From: Eledone cirrhosa
Lineage: Eukaryota
Assembly: GCA_964016885.1 (NCBI GenBank)
Contig: OZ024750.1
Span: forward strand, 20,088,001-20,152,000
Direction: 5' to 3'
Length of the DNA stretch: 64,000 bases
Shown piece after piece: positions 15,526-29,841 of the stretch (the stretch's first letter is position 1; each line of letters opens with the position of its first letter). A program made the translations under genes and the position numbers. The notes under the pieces are model-generated. The model was not told the DNA's origin. It saw only the letters and a list, made by a program, of their open reading frames with translations, and did no database searches.

Positions 15526-16405
15526 GCTCTTCTCTATTTCTAGCCCTCTCTCGGTTTTAAATAAACATTATCGAAAGCGTTTCAACATTGTGAATGGTAT
15601 CATTCTACATACAACTTGTACGTTATTAATTCCCATTGTTGATATTAAATAATACCATAGCCTGTTTTATGGCAACAACAACTGTAGCTATTTCCTCTTT
15701 AATTAATTAATGTGGGCAAAGTTTCAATATTTTGCATCATTGATTTATTCATATACGAGATATTAATGCAACATTTCAATGTAAGGTTGTAATGAATAAT
15801 TCTAAGCAAATCTAAGTAATATGCAACGTCACACTAAGTTACCGATAATAACTGTTGTCTATTAATATCGATGAATTTAACATTGTCATAGAAAAATATA
15901 TTACATACAGATATTCGTCAAAGGCAACATTTTAATCATGTTAATATTGGTTTACAATGAGGTGGAGGCAATTTGAAGTCGCAATTTTCTCATCGTATAG
16001 TAATCGATACAAAAGATGTGCCAAAGCGGTTATATAGATAAGTAGTTAAATAGAATGTGAAACGCAACAATGCAAACTGCTTGGAGTTTACTTGTTGGAA
16101 TCAATCTGTTATGTGATTAACTAGAAATTTGATATAACAGGAAGCCAAAGAGAATACATAATAGGTAACATTTACAATTGCTACGAGGATATATTATAAA
16201 ACTTCAGTGTGTTAGAGAGAATCGAGGGGTGCCTTATGAACTCGATATTGATGAATACATATCTAGATATAAATGGTGATGTATGTGAGTATGCAAGGAT
16301 GTAATGTCATATTAACAAGCAAAATTATTGTAATACTTTACAGGTAATTATTCGCGCAGACTCCTGAATGATCTGAACGGAAATTTGTTTTATATGGTAT
16401 GTATT

Positions 16406-16570
16406 TACCGTATTTTCCGGTGCTGAAGACGCTTCGTCCTCGATGACGCACCCTAATCTTGACACTCAACAATTTGAAAAACAATAAACAACCTTCGGGC
16501 TGCAGGTCGCATGGTAGATTTATGAGACTTATTTTAGGAAAAAAGTAGCCACTTCGACGCCGGGAAATGG
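16406..16570. mobile_element. Putative pogo/Tigger-like MITE
   Basis: Begins TA|CCGTATTTTCCGG and ends gacgccgggaaatgg, an imperfect terminal inverted repeat; ~165 bp with an internal gacgcaccctaat motif typical of such MITEs. Confidence 0.5.
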
Positions 16571-17042
16571 ATCCGGTTTTCTATACATGGTCGAATGGTT
16601 CAGAAAATGGCTTTGCAAGTATTAGATCTTAAATTCCAACGCTTGCCATGTACTATATGATTTGCCACCTACTATAACGTTGTTATGGAATGCAATACAT
16701 TTTTGCTGGCTGGACAAAAGCAATGTAAATTGGTGTTTTGCGAATAACAAATACCATATCCATTGAGACAATGTTTATATGTTCTTGATCCAACCGTACC
16801 CAATAGGAAAATCGTACATCTCCTTTTATCGTAATATGCTTTGCATGACACTAAATATATAAATACGCCACGTGAATTATCACCCTATTGATTCCTGGCA
16901 AAGGCATTCGGTACTATAAAATCTTACACAGTTAGTTAATATATAACTAGTATATGTTGATATCCATTTAATACACGACGCAAAACATAAGGAACTTGTG
17001 AGCCATCTTAGAGGTATATGGCCCTGTTGAAAATTAAAGCTG

Positions 17043-17073
<31 letters not shown>

Positions 17074-18179
17074 ACATTTACCCGATTAATTATTCAAATA
17101 GACATTATTGCTGTATCATATTCATTAAAACAGATTTGAATAACAGATAACGAAAAACACGAACATACATAAATTTTGATAATGAGTATTTATGAATTGT
17201 TATGAATTTACTAGAAAACAAACAGTTATGATTTAGCGAAGGTTCAGCCAAGTATGCAGAACTATCATGAATAGGATGGAATATCTGTTACACGGAACAT
17301 AGATGATGGATGATGTCATGTGAAAAAACAAAATTCGTGGAATTATTTCACAGCAGAAGTTAATAAACACGTAGATGACGATTTCAGTGAAGGAAATATA
17401 ATGAAATGGAACTAATTAGAATGTTATCGTAATTAACGAGAATTGACAGCAACATTAAATGACTAACTGCAAAAAAGGTGCAAACTATAAGAAAAAAAAC
17501 ATTTATAAGGACGTTAAGTTGCCATTAATTATCCGTTTGTTATGTTTGAATAAATAGTCAAAACTTGTTAAATATCAGTGTAATTAGCATTTACCTGAAA
17601 ATCATTTAATTCTTACAATTTTCTGAAGGTAAGGTTTCAACAATAGAAAACTTTCTCGTGGGCACAAAAAAAACAAAAACATTTCTGATAAAGAAAACAA
17701 TAATTATAGATGTGGAATGAGCCTGTTCGAAATGGTACGAAATCCACTTCACAAACATTAGTTCCGGTATTCTAGCACACTGCTTGTAATTTGCCATAGC
17801 ATCTGGTCGACGAACGGTATATAAGTGAAATATAGTAGACAGAAACTCGAACGACATCAACATTATCTTATCTTGCAACACTAAAACTCCTTGAGGAATA
17901 AGATAAGGGTGCGCAAGATTTAAAATACTTATCGCCGAATACATTAATTGTGAGCAGGCCTATCTCAGGGGGAAGAGGCACATGGATGCAGAATATTGAC
18001 ACATACCTTCTAAGTTGTCTTATCAGAAGCACCCATCACTCGACGATCCGGGTGAGATCATCCAAGCTTGAACAGCCGAGCTAGTGCTGGTGTTCTATCT
18101 CTGTAACTCATGCAAGTTGGCTTTGAAAAGTATACCTTGAAACTCTTTCCTTAAACATTCTAATTGCATGCCTATAATA

Positions 18180-18530
18180 GAATTAATCAATCCACCCACC
18201 TCTCACGCAGCACCACACTCTTGCCTTCCCACACTTCTCTCATTTTTTAATATTCATATTTTTTTAATTCTGTGATTTCTTTATATATTCCGTTTAATTC
18301 TGTTTCTATTTATTTTGACTTCATGTTTATTTTTATTTCTATTTTCCCGTTCTTTCATGTTCTTACCACTACTTCCACCCTCACTCCATCCCGGAGTTCA
18401 TCCCCACGCTCTCCTGATAAAGGACATATGTCCGAAACGTCGTAAACTACAACCCCCTCACTCTCACCAAGCGTGAAGCTAATAACACTGTGTACCATTG
18501 ACTCCTGCGTTTGTTTGTTTGTTTGTCATT

Positions 18531-18533
<3 letters not shown>
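18180..18533 (+). mobile_element. Penelope-like 3' terminus with degenerate minimal hammerhead (18414-18444), followed by (TA)n
   Basis: cCTGATAA-a-ggac-atat-gtcc-GAAAC-gtc-GTA, within a pyrimidine-rich tract and ending in (TA)n. Confidence 0.6.
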
Positions 18534-18594
<61 letters not shown>

Positions 18595-18600
18595 CATATA

Positions 18601-18854
18601 TTTAAAAAAATAGAGGTGTGACACACGAGTTGTGATATATTAGAAAAAAGGAAAAGAAAATGGTGACAAATTGTTCTCAGTGAAAAATAGATTAATTAGG
18701 AATAAGTGTAAATTAGTAATAAGTATTAGTTAGTATTCAGTTTTAGTTTTAAGTTTTTACCGGTTGCGCAATACTTATGCTTTTCAAAAGTCATTTTGAG
18801 ATGAAGTGGTAGCGATTTTTGCTAGAGCAAAAATCACGAGCACTTTATCTCAAA

Positions 18855-18858
<4 letters not shown>
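18601..18858 (-). mobile_element. (TA)n-flanked element with terminal fold-back palindrome (18793-18856)
   Basis: 31-bp arms match at 27/31. The minus strand reads ttgaaaa-gcataagtattgc-gcaaccggta, a weak HHR-like variant. Confidence 0.45.
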
Positions 18859-18949
<91 letters not shown>

Positions 18950-19029
18950 GTAGCAGGTGAGTTTCATTGTAGCTCAATAAAACAATGCAAATATCGGATA
19001 AGTAGCACTCAACAGTTTATTGGACTGGA

Positions 19030-19126
<97 letters not shown>

Positions 19127-19924
19127 TATTTACGTATATATTTTAAAAGATTACTAAGCGTTTTGCACATGTTGCATCTCCCTCTCCGACCGTATATTTT
19201 TAAACATTATTTATTTGATAGCGTCTAATATTCCATTGTATGTTTAAAGTACATTATTACACTGAGGATATGTAATTAATTGTATGTATTAGATAATGTC
19301 TTTATATACGTGATTTCACTGAGTGTTTGTTGTTACGCTCTTACGTCCAACATTTCCATTTGACAATTCAATTAATTGCGAGACATTTAGTTAACAGAGT
19401 TCATTATATTCGTTCTATATTTTATTGTTTTCTATTCATTTCCCAGCTCTCAAAAATTTAAAATAATTCTATAGAATTCACTTTCGGTTAATTATTCGTC
19501 AAATTCCATTACAAATTATGTGTGGTACCACCAACGAATTGGCAACCATTTCTTTTATTCAAGTCACACTCTAGATAATGTCACATATTGTTTTATTGGC
19601 ACTGACCATTATTTCATCTCATTTCCCTCCTATTGTTTTCCATTGAGATTAATGTCTGGCATCAACTTAAAGCTTTTTCTATCATGTTAGTACGAAACAA
19701 TTTAACATTTCAATAGGATAAACTATAATAGTGTCGTTACATGTGGCGTGTTACATGTGTTGCTGGTTATTCTGATAAAATGATATTATTGTATTAATAT
19801 ATTAATATATTCTAATTATTACACTATGGGGGGGGGGGGGGGGCTCAAGCTGCCATTTAGAATTTAAAAAAACATGCACCAGCTGCAATTTACTGGAGTT
19901 CTATTGTTAGTCGGATATGTAAGC

Positions 19925-20566
19925 AATTATATTCGCAGAATCGTTAGGCAGACTAGCAAACATTTCGTGTCTTTTTCAGTGTCTTTATGATTTGATTTCA
20001 AATTTTGCCGAGTTCAAAGTTGCATTTAATCCTTCTGAGATTGATATATTAAAGTGGCTCTTGAGTACTGGGGTTGATATAATCTATTCTCTCCATATCG
20101 CTGGCTGTGTGCAAATATTACAAACCATTATTAGTGAGATAATAGGCGGTGGATTGGCAGTATCGGTAGAGGGTCGGACGCCATGCTTTGAAGCATAGAA
20201 TTACCTCCCTGTATGATCTGAGTTCAAATCTCGCCGAAGATAACTTTGCCTTTCATCCTTACGGGGTCGATAAAGTAAAGTACCAGTAATGCACTGATAA
20301 TTTCTGGTCTTGTACCAAAAAGTAGAAACAATTATTAGTGAGATAACCATTTAGCAGTTGTATTAACAGCTATTTAGCTGGTGGATTGGCAGTATCGGTA
20401 GAAGGTCGGACACCATCATTTGCAGCATAGAGTTACGCCCCTTTATTGTCTGAGTTCAAATCCCGCCGAGTTTCACTTCCTCTTTTGTCCTTAAAGGGTC
20501 GATAATAATAAATTACCAGTCATGTACTGGGATAAATGCTGGCCTTGTGCCAAACGTAGAAACAAT
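19925..20566 (+). mobile_element. Three tandem tRNA-derived SINE copies (~19925-20126 older; 20144-20330; 20377-20566)
   Basis: Each has head, B-box, core and tail. TSD attattagtgagataa at 20127-20142 and 20331-20346; the spacer ccatt..agttgtattaacagc repeats after the third copy. Confidence 0.88.
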
Positions 20567-21059
20567 TATGAGTCATGTAACCATTCAGTAGTTGTATTAA
20601 CAGCCATCTGGTTATATTTAAATCACGGATTAACTTAAGCAAATCAAGTGTAGGATGAAGCGAGGATGGCCAAGAAATCAATGATAAGCTATCAGAATAT
20701 GTAACTCAAGAACTTCGATAATCAACATTTGATTGCTAAACAAACCACAGAATTAGTTAACAGAACAATAAGTAAAAAGACGAACTGTAAAACCGATCTG
20801 GACGTGTGTTTCAAACTATAGCAATGCCATCTTCAACAGACGTTTTCACATATTAACTACAAAGATGACATACAACCCTTATTTTCAGTTATCTTACTGC
20901 TGTTTTATAGCGTTTAAACCTCAATTAAGCGTCGATCAATTGTGTGTGTAGACACAGACAAGGACTGTTATGGAATTGTCTGCTCAAGTAATTACTCTAC
21001 AATGCAGAGTTGTGGAGTCTTTCATATTTATGTGTAAACACATGAATGTGTTTTAGAAG

Positions 21060-21212
21060 ACTGGCTTCTTGAATTACAGGTGTATCTAATATATATCAAA
21101 TGAGTGGCCTAGATCTACGCGAAATAAAGTGACTTACTCAATGAAACAACATGCCACTGGGAATCGAACTCAACCCCATGTGAGGAAAGGCTTCGCTACT
21201 TTAGCCACCATA
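21060..21212 (-). mobile_element. Degenerate CORE-type SINE
   Basis: gaaataaagtgacttactcaa...gggaatcgaactc (reverse B-box plus CORE-like aagtgacttgctcaa). Confidence 0.5.
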
Positions 21213-21521
21213 GGGTATTTGAAATTATTGTTGAATTAATTGCTGGTGTTTTTTTTATATCAACAATGAGATTGACTTCATGCTTGTAATAAAATTACTC
21301 CACATAAATAATCTATTAATCTATTTATTGTAACTGCAGCCCCGATAACATTGTGTTCTCAATCATTCAATCAAAGAACGTCTTATTCGTCAGATAATAT
21401 TGGTATTTTCACGCATCTCACGGAGCGATGTATGAAACATTCTAATAATGTTTTCCAAATTAGGTGCAGTTTTCGCAAAGGCGAGGGACAGGAAGTCAAT
21501 TACATTGTCACAGTACAACTC

Positions 21522-21576
<55 letters not shown>

Positions 21577-22789
21577 TGTGTGTGTGTGTATGTGTGCGTG
21601 TGTGCGTGTGTATGTGTACGTGTGTGTGGGTGTGTGTATTCTGTTCAGTCGTTTATTTATTTATATGTGTGCATGACTGGTATTTGTGAGTGGTTAGGCC
21701 TTCCATGATACAATCGCTGGTCAAAGGTTCCGGTAATACCTGTCTTAACCCATTGCATTTTCACTTGACAGATGCAGTTCGAATGATATGAATGTCCCCG
21801 GTTTACTAGTTTTCAAATAACACAAAACATAAATGACACACGTCGAACATCATACATGTTTATATATTGGTTTCTATCCGAAATACAAAACTTCCAGAAA
21901 ATATACATATTTTAGGAATACAAATAACTTTGTTCTCTAATATTTTGAAGTCAAGATAGAATCTAATTTAAGATAACCATTTAAGAACAAGAATATATAT
22001 CAGACATTGAAACACAGCACTTAAAAACCAGAATAGATTTTGCTTATTCAAACATCACACACAATACCTTCAACATTATAAAGAATAGAAATATGAATAT
22101 TAAAATAATGAAATATCTGATAAGATAAAACACGAAGACAGAAACATTGAATACAAAACAAAATAACAAAATAAAGACTTTTTTATTTCTGATTACAATT
22201 GTTTGATCAGCAGTGAAATGTCACAGACGCTACAAAAACAGATGAGAACCGAATAAGAACATCAAATATACAAACAAACTGAAATATATTTGTATATGGA
22301 GCTTTGAAACATGATATCAAGTTTAAATGTAGTACAAGTAAAAGGAGTATAATTGATAGAATCTTCATGTGTACAATTACAATAGCCGGTTATATATGTA
22401 TATATAAATAGTCTGTCGACTTTTTCCAGTATTGTATTTTAGTAGATTCCCTGTTTCTTATTATTCTTATGTACATAGGATTGAGGAAAGAAAATGCTAA
22501 TATGTAGGCGCGTTGTTGTCTTATCTCATATTCGCCAAAGGCCTATTCTTTGTGGATGTATTCATGGGGGGTGGAAAGTGTTAAACCCCTAGCAACTGAA
22601 ACCACAGAGTAAACCAATTTACAGTTGTCTAGTGGATGGAACACAAACCGAAATATGAGAAAGAGGATAAATGAAACACTTTATGGTGGAATGGATTTAA
22701 TATAATTGTGATTGTCTTGCTGATGTTCAATCAGCGTTGTTCTAAATCACAGGACTCCGTGTGTCCAGTTGTTGAATCAAAGGATCACC

Positions 22790-23040
22790 TTCCTCACGAG
22801 TTTAACGTGCAAGTAATTTTGTATTCACTAGACGGCATATACTTCATAGATTTCGGGAAGATTCGGTGTGACAGTGTGTAAGAGGGACAACACTTTCAAT
22901 TTCAGGTGCATTACATTTGCGCTAGTGGAGTGGAGAAGATCAGCGTGAAATATCGTTTAACTCAAGGGGAAAAGGGCCCAGCCAGACTTAGATTTAAAGT
23001 CTAGTCATTGTGAGGTGAACATCATAATCACTAAGCCAGG
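22790..23040 (-). mobile_element. Degenerate CORE-type SINE
   Basis: Similar to 21060-21212 (tttcaatttcaggtg...gagtgga...gtgaaata...ctcaagg...cactaagcca). Confidence 0.4.
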
Positions 23041-24577
23041 CAGTGTCAACATTGTATTATAAAAAGATGCTTCAGTACTTTTAGTAATTAAACTGCCAAC
23101 ATACAAGTTAATCCCGAGGAAATCATTTTTTAAAATCTTAATTATTTAATCAATCAGATTTTCATGATTAATTTAACAAATCACCCAAAGCCACCTATCG
23201 GTATACAATTGAAAGCTGTATATTATAGCATTGACATATCTCTCTACAAAACTTCTATCACAAATTTATTGTTCCAAGCTCAAGATTAATAATCATTTTG
23301 TTATATTACTAATCAAAATTATTTGAAAATCATGAGCAATGTTTTCCATTAAATTTGATAAATGAAAGCGTTAAACCAATCATTTATACCTGAATGTTAT
23401 TTTTCAATAAATCGAAGTGTTTAACTCCTTGGATTTTGCAATCATTTTATTTATCCAATAACATTACAGCAATTATTCATGTGTTAAATTCATTCTATTT
23501 GTTTAATCGAATTCATGTCTTGTAGTTCAAATTTGCTTCGTGAACTTTCATACGAAAGTAAGCCGGCCTACATTATAGTTTTGCTTCTGCCACCAAACCA
23601 GAACTTATGAATATAGAAAGATGTAATCATTGTTGAAGAGAGGTATACAATGTCGGAAGTATATTAAAAGAAAATTAGAATTATAAACAGAAAGAGAAAA
23701 GGGAAAAGGGATGTAAGGGGTCAATGCTACACATTTAGCTTGGTGACTACACGCCATTGACAATAAAACGAATACGTTGCCAGCGACACATATTGCATCA
23801 TATATTGCCCCTCACAAAAAATAATCAGATTCCGTTTATTCCAATTATTTTTTTGTATATTGCATTGCTGTGTTTCGAGATTGAGTAAGCACTTTTCTTG
23901 ATTAGGTATTTATATATCATTGTGTAGTAGATATCATATAGGTTCGTCGTGTTATTATATTTAACGATTTATACAAGAATTACTTAAATATTTAATGTCA
24001 TTTGATATTCAATTAAATCAGGAGAAGCGGTGTTTCCTAATATCAATGAATTTTATTCGTGAGTGAATGTCAATATCTCAGTTAAATATTTACCCATGCC
24101 ATACAATGTTCCAATGCATGAATTTACATTAATTGTTATTCAAGAACAAAAACGACATTGGGCAGAGACAGAGACGTTAATCACCCACTGAAACACATCT
24201 GAAAAGGAAAATAAAGACAATTTGAGGATGCTTGCAACAAGGTTCGAACCTCGAGTTAAACCTTTCATCTTATGTACAAGTAACTAAGTATCATTTGCAT
24301 GTTTCAATATTTAAAAGAAGGTGCATGTATAAAATTGTATTTCTCGCAGATTCAGTTAAAAATCTATATACTCGTTTGATAGATGTGAATTTATAATATA
24401 TAATTCATTTCTTTAGTAAACATTTTGTGTGTGTGCAATAAATGCACAAACACAGACGCCTACACCTACTCACAAACACACACACACGCACACACACACA
24501 CATACACACACATACACACACATATATAAATGTATGTGTTTGTAAATATGTTTATATATATATAGAAGTGTGTGTGT

Positions 24578-24608
<31 letters not shown>

Positions 24609-25938
24609 CATTTTTGGAAGGTTGTGTTTGAGTATGTGTGTGTTATATATACACATATGCCTCATACATGAGTACACCATGTTATTTTAGTATGTTGTAA
24701 ATCACTATTAATTGCTCAGAAATCTATTATAAATTACTACTGATTTAAACGTAGTTTCCAAATAAACTGATTTCTCAACATTAAAAACACAATCAGTAAT
24801 ACATTGTGACATTTGTATGAACATTAATTATCATCTCTATTTAAAAGATATCTCGACGTTTGACAAATTCTTACTTTGTTCACCAGTTGAAGGGAGTGAG
24901 CTTCTGTTATTCTAAATCTAAAATTATTGAACTGAACATAGATTTAACAATGGAACTGCCTTAATTAAACCAGTATTCATGAAACTTAGTTTAGATATAA
25001 TTAATATCTTTTGGATTTTCCAGGTTGTATGTATTTACATTTTTTTATCGTTCCTTCTTCGAATAATTCAACATAGATAGCACAACACACATAAATAATT
25101 AGGAGACAGCTGGAAAAAGGAGTAGAGAAAAACCACTAGAATAACATATAAGTTTTGAACAAATAACAACACAAATACTTCGAAACTGATGGTTTGAAAG
25201 AAGAGATACAAAGCAAATAGAATCTTGACACATTAATTAGCGAATTCCAGGTAATATGAATTAACAAAGCTAAGAAAAAAAGACATATTTATAGGGATGC
25301 AAATATTTCTTTCGACGAATAATTAAATGTGCCAATATATTTCAGCTGGTTTTTCCATTTTTCTTTCTTCATTTAATTTAAAATATTTCATTCATTCGTC
25401 GATACAGCTGCCACGAAATATGTGGTGTTGTGTGGTGGGGTGTCATGTGGAGTAGTAGGATGTGTTGTCATGTGGCGTGGTGCGTTATGCTATTTATGTC
25501 ATTGTTGTTTTACATGGTTTCAACACCAGGTTAGCTGTGATTGAACAAACCTATTATCACTTGCGTTAGATAGTAAGCTTACGAGAATGAATATTTTATT
25601 TGTACCCTGCTTTTCTGAAGGTGGACAGTAGTGATTTGATAGATTTACATGCTATATATGGATGATACTACAACGAGGTTCTATCTCATTTGTTACCAAA
25701 TTATATGATAATATAGTAATACATTTCGTGTAGTACATATACAAACTTCACGTAGTAATGTTGGATATACATATATACCATCTATCCGTGGGTTATGAGT
25801 TGATAATGGGTTCTAAGGGACAGTCCTGACGTGCGGTGCATCTGACTTTCGTGGCAGGTCTAATTTCGTGTTTGAGCCCAACACACAAACAGATACACAC
25901 ATACACTCACACACACACATACACACACAAACATACAC

Positions 25939-25983
<45 letters not shown>

Positions 25984-26340
25984 TACACACTCACACACAT
26001 ACATACGTACAAACACACACATACACTTTCTCTCCCTGTATTTCTCTCTATATACATAGCTACTTGGCTGCTACTCTATTAATGGACCTCGAAATAATAT
26101 ACGTTGAACGTCATAATATTTGTTCTCATATTGGTTAGAGCTGGTGAAATGTCACAAACACTTTTATTTCACGTCCTAACATTTATATCTCTTAGTCATA
26201 TATAATCAAAATTAAGTTAAGAATGTCATATCGAAGAAGCATGCGCCATTTTTCGAATAAACATGCGTCTATTATCATAGAAAGTCCAGTTGCGATATGA
26301 GTTTATAGCTAATCAGCATATATATATATATATATATATA

Positions 26341-26860
26341 AAGAAAATTTCGCTCTACATGGTTGAATACAATAAATGTAATCTGAGTTTTTCGAATATT
26401 CGAAAAACTCAGATTACATTTATTGTATTCAGCCATGTAGAGCCTAATTTTCTTTTTCATTTGAATTTGTCAAAGCCGGCCATTTATCGCGCGTATACAG
26501 GAAACTGACTGACCAGTCTTCTGATATGTAACTCTGGCTGATCAGTGGATCTGCTAATATACATATCTGACTGATAAGTCAGTCTGCTAATAAGCAAATC
26601 AGGCCGATCAGTCACTGTTTATATTTGAAAATAGCATATATTTTAACTAGCTCTGACTGTTTGTCAGGTGAATAGTGAGCTGTACTGATGAAGGGTGATA
26701 CCCAGAAACATTAGTGTCTGCAGTTCTGTTTCATGCCAACACAAGAGCAAGAATGAAGTGTTCATTCTACTGACATGGCTGCAAAATTGATGCTTGTTTG
26801 CAAAATTGCAAACGAATCGAATGTTATTATTAATATTCGAAAAACTCAGATTACATTTAT
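26341..26860 (+). mobile_element. Non-autonomous Penelope/retrozyme-like element: 5' fold-back palindrome, 437-nt period, hammerhead, (TA)n on both sides
   Basis: Palindrome 26341-26454 (54/57); direct repeat aatattcgaaaaactcagattacattt at 26395 and 26832; HHR at 26677-26726. Confidence 0.75.
26677..26726 (+). ncRNA. Minimal type I hammerhead ribozyme
   Basis: Stem I gagctgta/tgcagttc; CTGATGA; stem II gggt-gat-accc; GAAAC; near-palindromic stem III acattagtgt; GUC cleavage triplet ending at 26718. Confidence 0.8.
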
Positions 26861-26872
26861 ATATATACTCTG

Positions 26873-26922
<50 letters not shown>

Positions 26923-28071
26923 ACATTTCAGCCATCATACTGCAACGATACTGGTGCTGCCCTTACATATATTCGATCATAACGACTACATTAATTATTA
27001 TATTCATGTATTTACTGTTAAACCATTGAGGTACTGGACATTAGTCCCAGCATGCTCATACGCAGATGGGACGAAAGGTCTGTGACAATGATTTAATATA
27101 TTGATTATGTGATTAATGAAATTTAAGTATTTAGTTACTTGAAGAATTAAAAAGAAAATATGAAATGAAACTCAACCGTTTATTTTTTATTATTAATAGG
27201 GTTCTACTAAACTACATCTGTTTCAACACAAGATTTTACATACAAATATCTTGCAAAACAAATACAAAAATCAAATAAATATTCACAGCTGCCCGTTGAA
27301 GAATATGTTTCCATGTTTCTCCTGTTTCTTGTATAATTGCATTTGTTTTATATTTATTTTTAACGTTCTCTGTATGTTAATCGGAAATTGTCCTACTTCA
27401 TTCTTTTGTGCGCTCTACGGGTTTATGATAATTTCATTTTATGGCTTCAGCCCATTATATGGGAATGTATTATTTTTTTCTTATTTTTCTCAAAGAAGGG
27501 GGATTAGTTCATTCATCTGATACTGCTTCCTCCTTTTCCCTCTCTAATTGTTTAGGTGTATTCTATATACTGTAGTTGTATTTTACATGCTGTAAACGAT
27601 TGCACTTTCACCCACCATGTTTGTCTTTTTTAAAAGACATTCGTCTTCATTTATTTCCATAGTGTTTCTGTATATTTTATCGACGTTGTGGCATTTTCGA
27701 TTAGTATGTGACATCAATAGCATCCGGTTGTTATGTCACAAAATCTGTAATATTTAATCACGCGTAATATAATATGCTCGTCAGAAGTTATATATTGAAA
27801 TACTTGAGTCATATTTAGTCATGTTATGAAAGATTTCATCACACGTTGCGTAATATTTGACAATGTAGCATATGTTATGTAACACTTATTCACACGGGTA
27901 ATGCATTAGGCATACATTTCATGATATATAACCATATGTTGTTAAATAGGAAATTGCATTTTCTAATATTCATAGAACAGATTGTGTAAACATGTATCTC
28001 AATTGCGATATTTAATCAGATGCTGAATAATATATAAATCCCACGTGGAATAATATATTAATCATGTGGTG

Positions 28072-28118
28072 TATATTCGTTATAATTACCGAATATATTC
28101 GTTATAATTACCGAATAT
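28072..28118. repeat. 22-bp tandem duplication
   Basis: tatattcgttataattaccgaa occurs twice. Confidence 0.85.
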
Positions 28119-29687
28119 AAGCTTCTGAAATTGTTAAATTCATTTGACTAATTTTGTGTGAATACAATACTCCATTAAATTACAGATAAATTAAAGCTTA
28201 ATTTTTAAGCTGAAATTGACATATTAATTTATCATTTTTTTCATAAATATAAATAGTGTTTCCAACGTTGTCTTGTCAAGTGAGGAACCAAGCCGAATAT
28301 CATTTATGCAATTATGTATTAATTGTTTGTTGAAATATGTGTTTTCATACTAATTCCTCACAATCGCCATATTCAGAATTCAATTCCGGCTGAGGTAAAT
28401 TCTGTCACTTATCTCTCGGAGGTTGAAAACCGAGCTAACAGTCGAAGGGAATGGTAGGAGCGGTTAAGTGTCAAGTGTGTTATCGTCTTTTCTCAAATCC
28501 CTCGCAGTTAAATTTAAACACCACTTTCTTCAACAAAAATGCGAGTAGCATTTCGAGTGATTGAAATTCACATGCCTTCAACTGGAAGAAATAAAGGAAG
28601 GAAAACTTTAAATTACATTAATAAAATCCATGTTTCTACACAAAAAAAAACAATAAAAATAAAACGCGGTGCATCTTATAACAATACATACATAATGTCA
28701 CGAAGCTCTTATCATTTTCACTTGTTTTTTTTCTAAATTATACTAAACAAATTTTAAATAGAATGTGCTATAAAATGGGTTTTAAAGGTCTTGCCTCTAG
28801 CGTGTGTAAAATTCTAATATTCCTGTTTTAAATGTATTCATACGTCTTTTGTGAATGTTTGCATTCACACATTATGAACATGAATTGAATCTGATAAAGT
28901 AACTTATAAATTAAATATTAAAATTCTTGTGGTTTTGTTATAGAGCTCTGAGAGTTTTGTCATGTAGCTTTGTAGAACATGCGTATAAATCAAAATATGT
29001 TGTATAATTCTATTAAAGATATGTTCCTAATCTCTATGCTTTACTCGAGGATTTTGCAGGACATTTTTTTAAAGTATTTTGTGAATTCAATTCTTTGTAG
29101 TATACATACTAGTAGACAGACAGTTATAACAATTTGCAACATTGCAGTAGAATTCTAGTGGTGTCTCTTACTAATAAAGAACATTGTCGACTTCTGCTTC
29201 TTACTTATGAAGAATTATTGCTAATCTGCTTTCATATTGTATATGAGGTTACGATTTTTAATACTATGAGGAGGTATGTCTTCACAATACCAACGAAGTT
29301 AAGAATACACAGAAGAAACAGAATTATTACTGACAGCGATAAAATTCATTATTATATATGTTAAAAATATATGTACAAAATTCAAGACAAACATACTGTT
29401 AAACTTTGTAATATATAAAAACCGACAAAGTTGTGTATAAACTGAACAGTTGATTAACATTCTGATGTTAACTGCGTATACGTTTTTGTGCAATAGTTAA
29501 TTTTGAAACAAGGTAATTTTCTGTTAGTAATTGTCATTAATATACAAACAATACCAGCCATTCCAATCAATGACGACTGAGACAGAATAATATAGGAGAA
29601 CATGCACAAAATATTTATGATTAATCTTTAATATTTCAACAAAACCACAAACACAGACGCTCACACATGAGATAAATATATACATAA

Positions 29688-29841
<154 letters not shown>

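Noticed and set aside
19925-20610. CRISPR-like repeat array
   Set aside because: The repeats are ~190-bp SINE copies in a eukaryotic context, with no short repeat-spacer periodicity and no cas genes.
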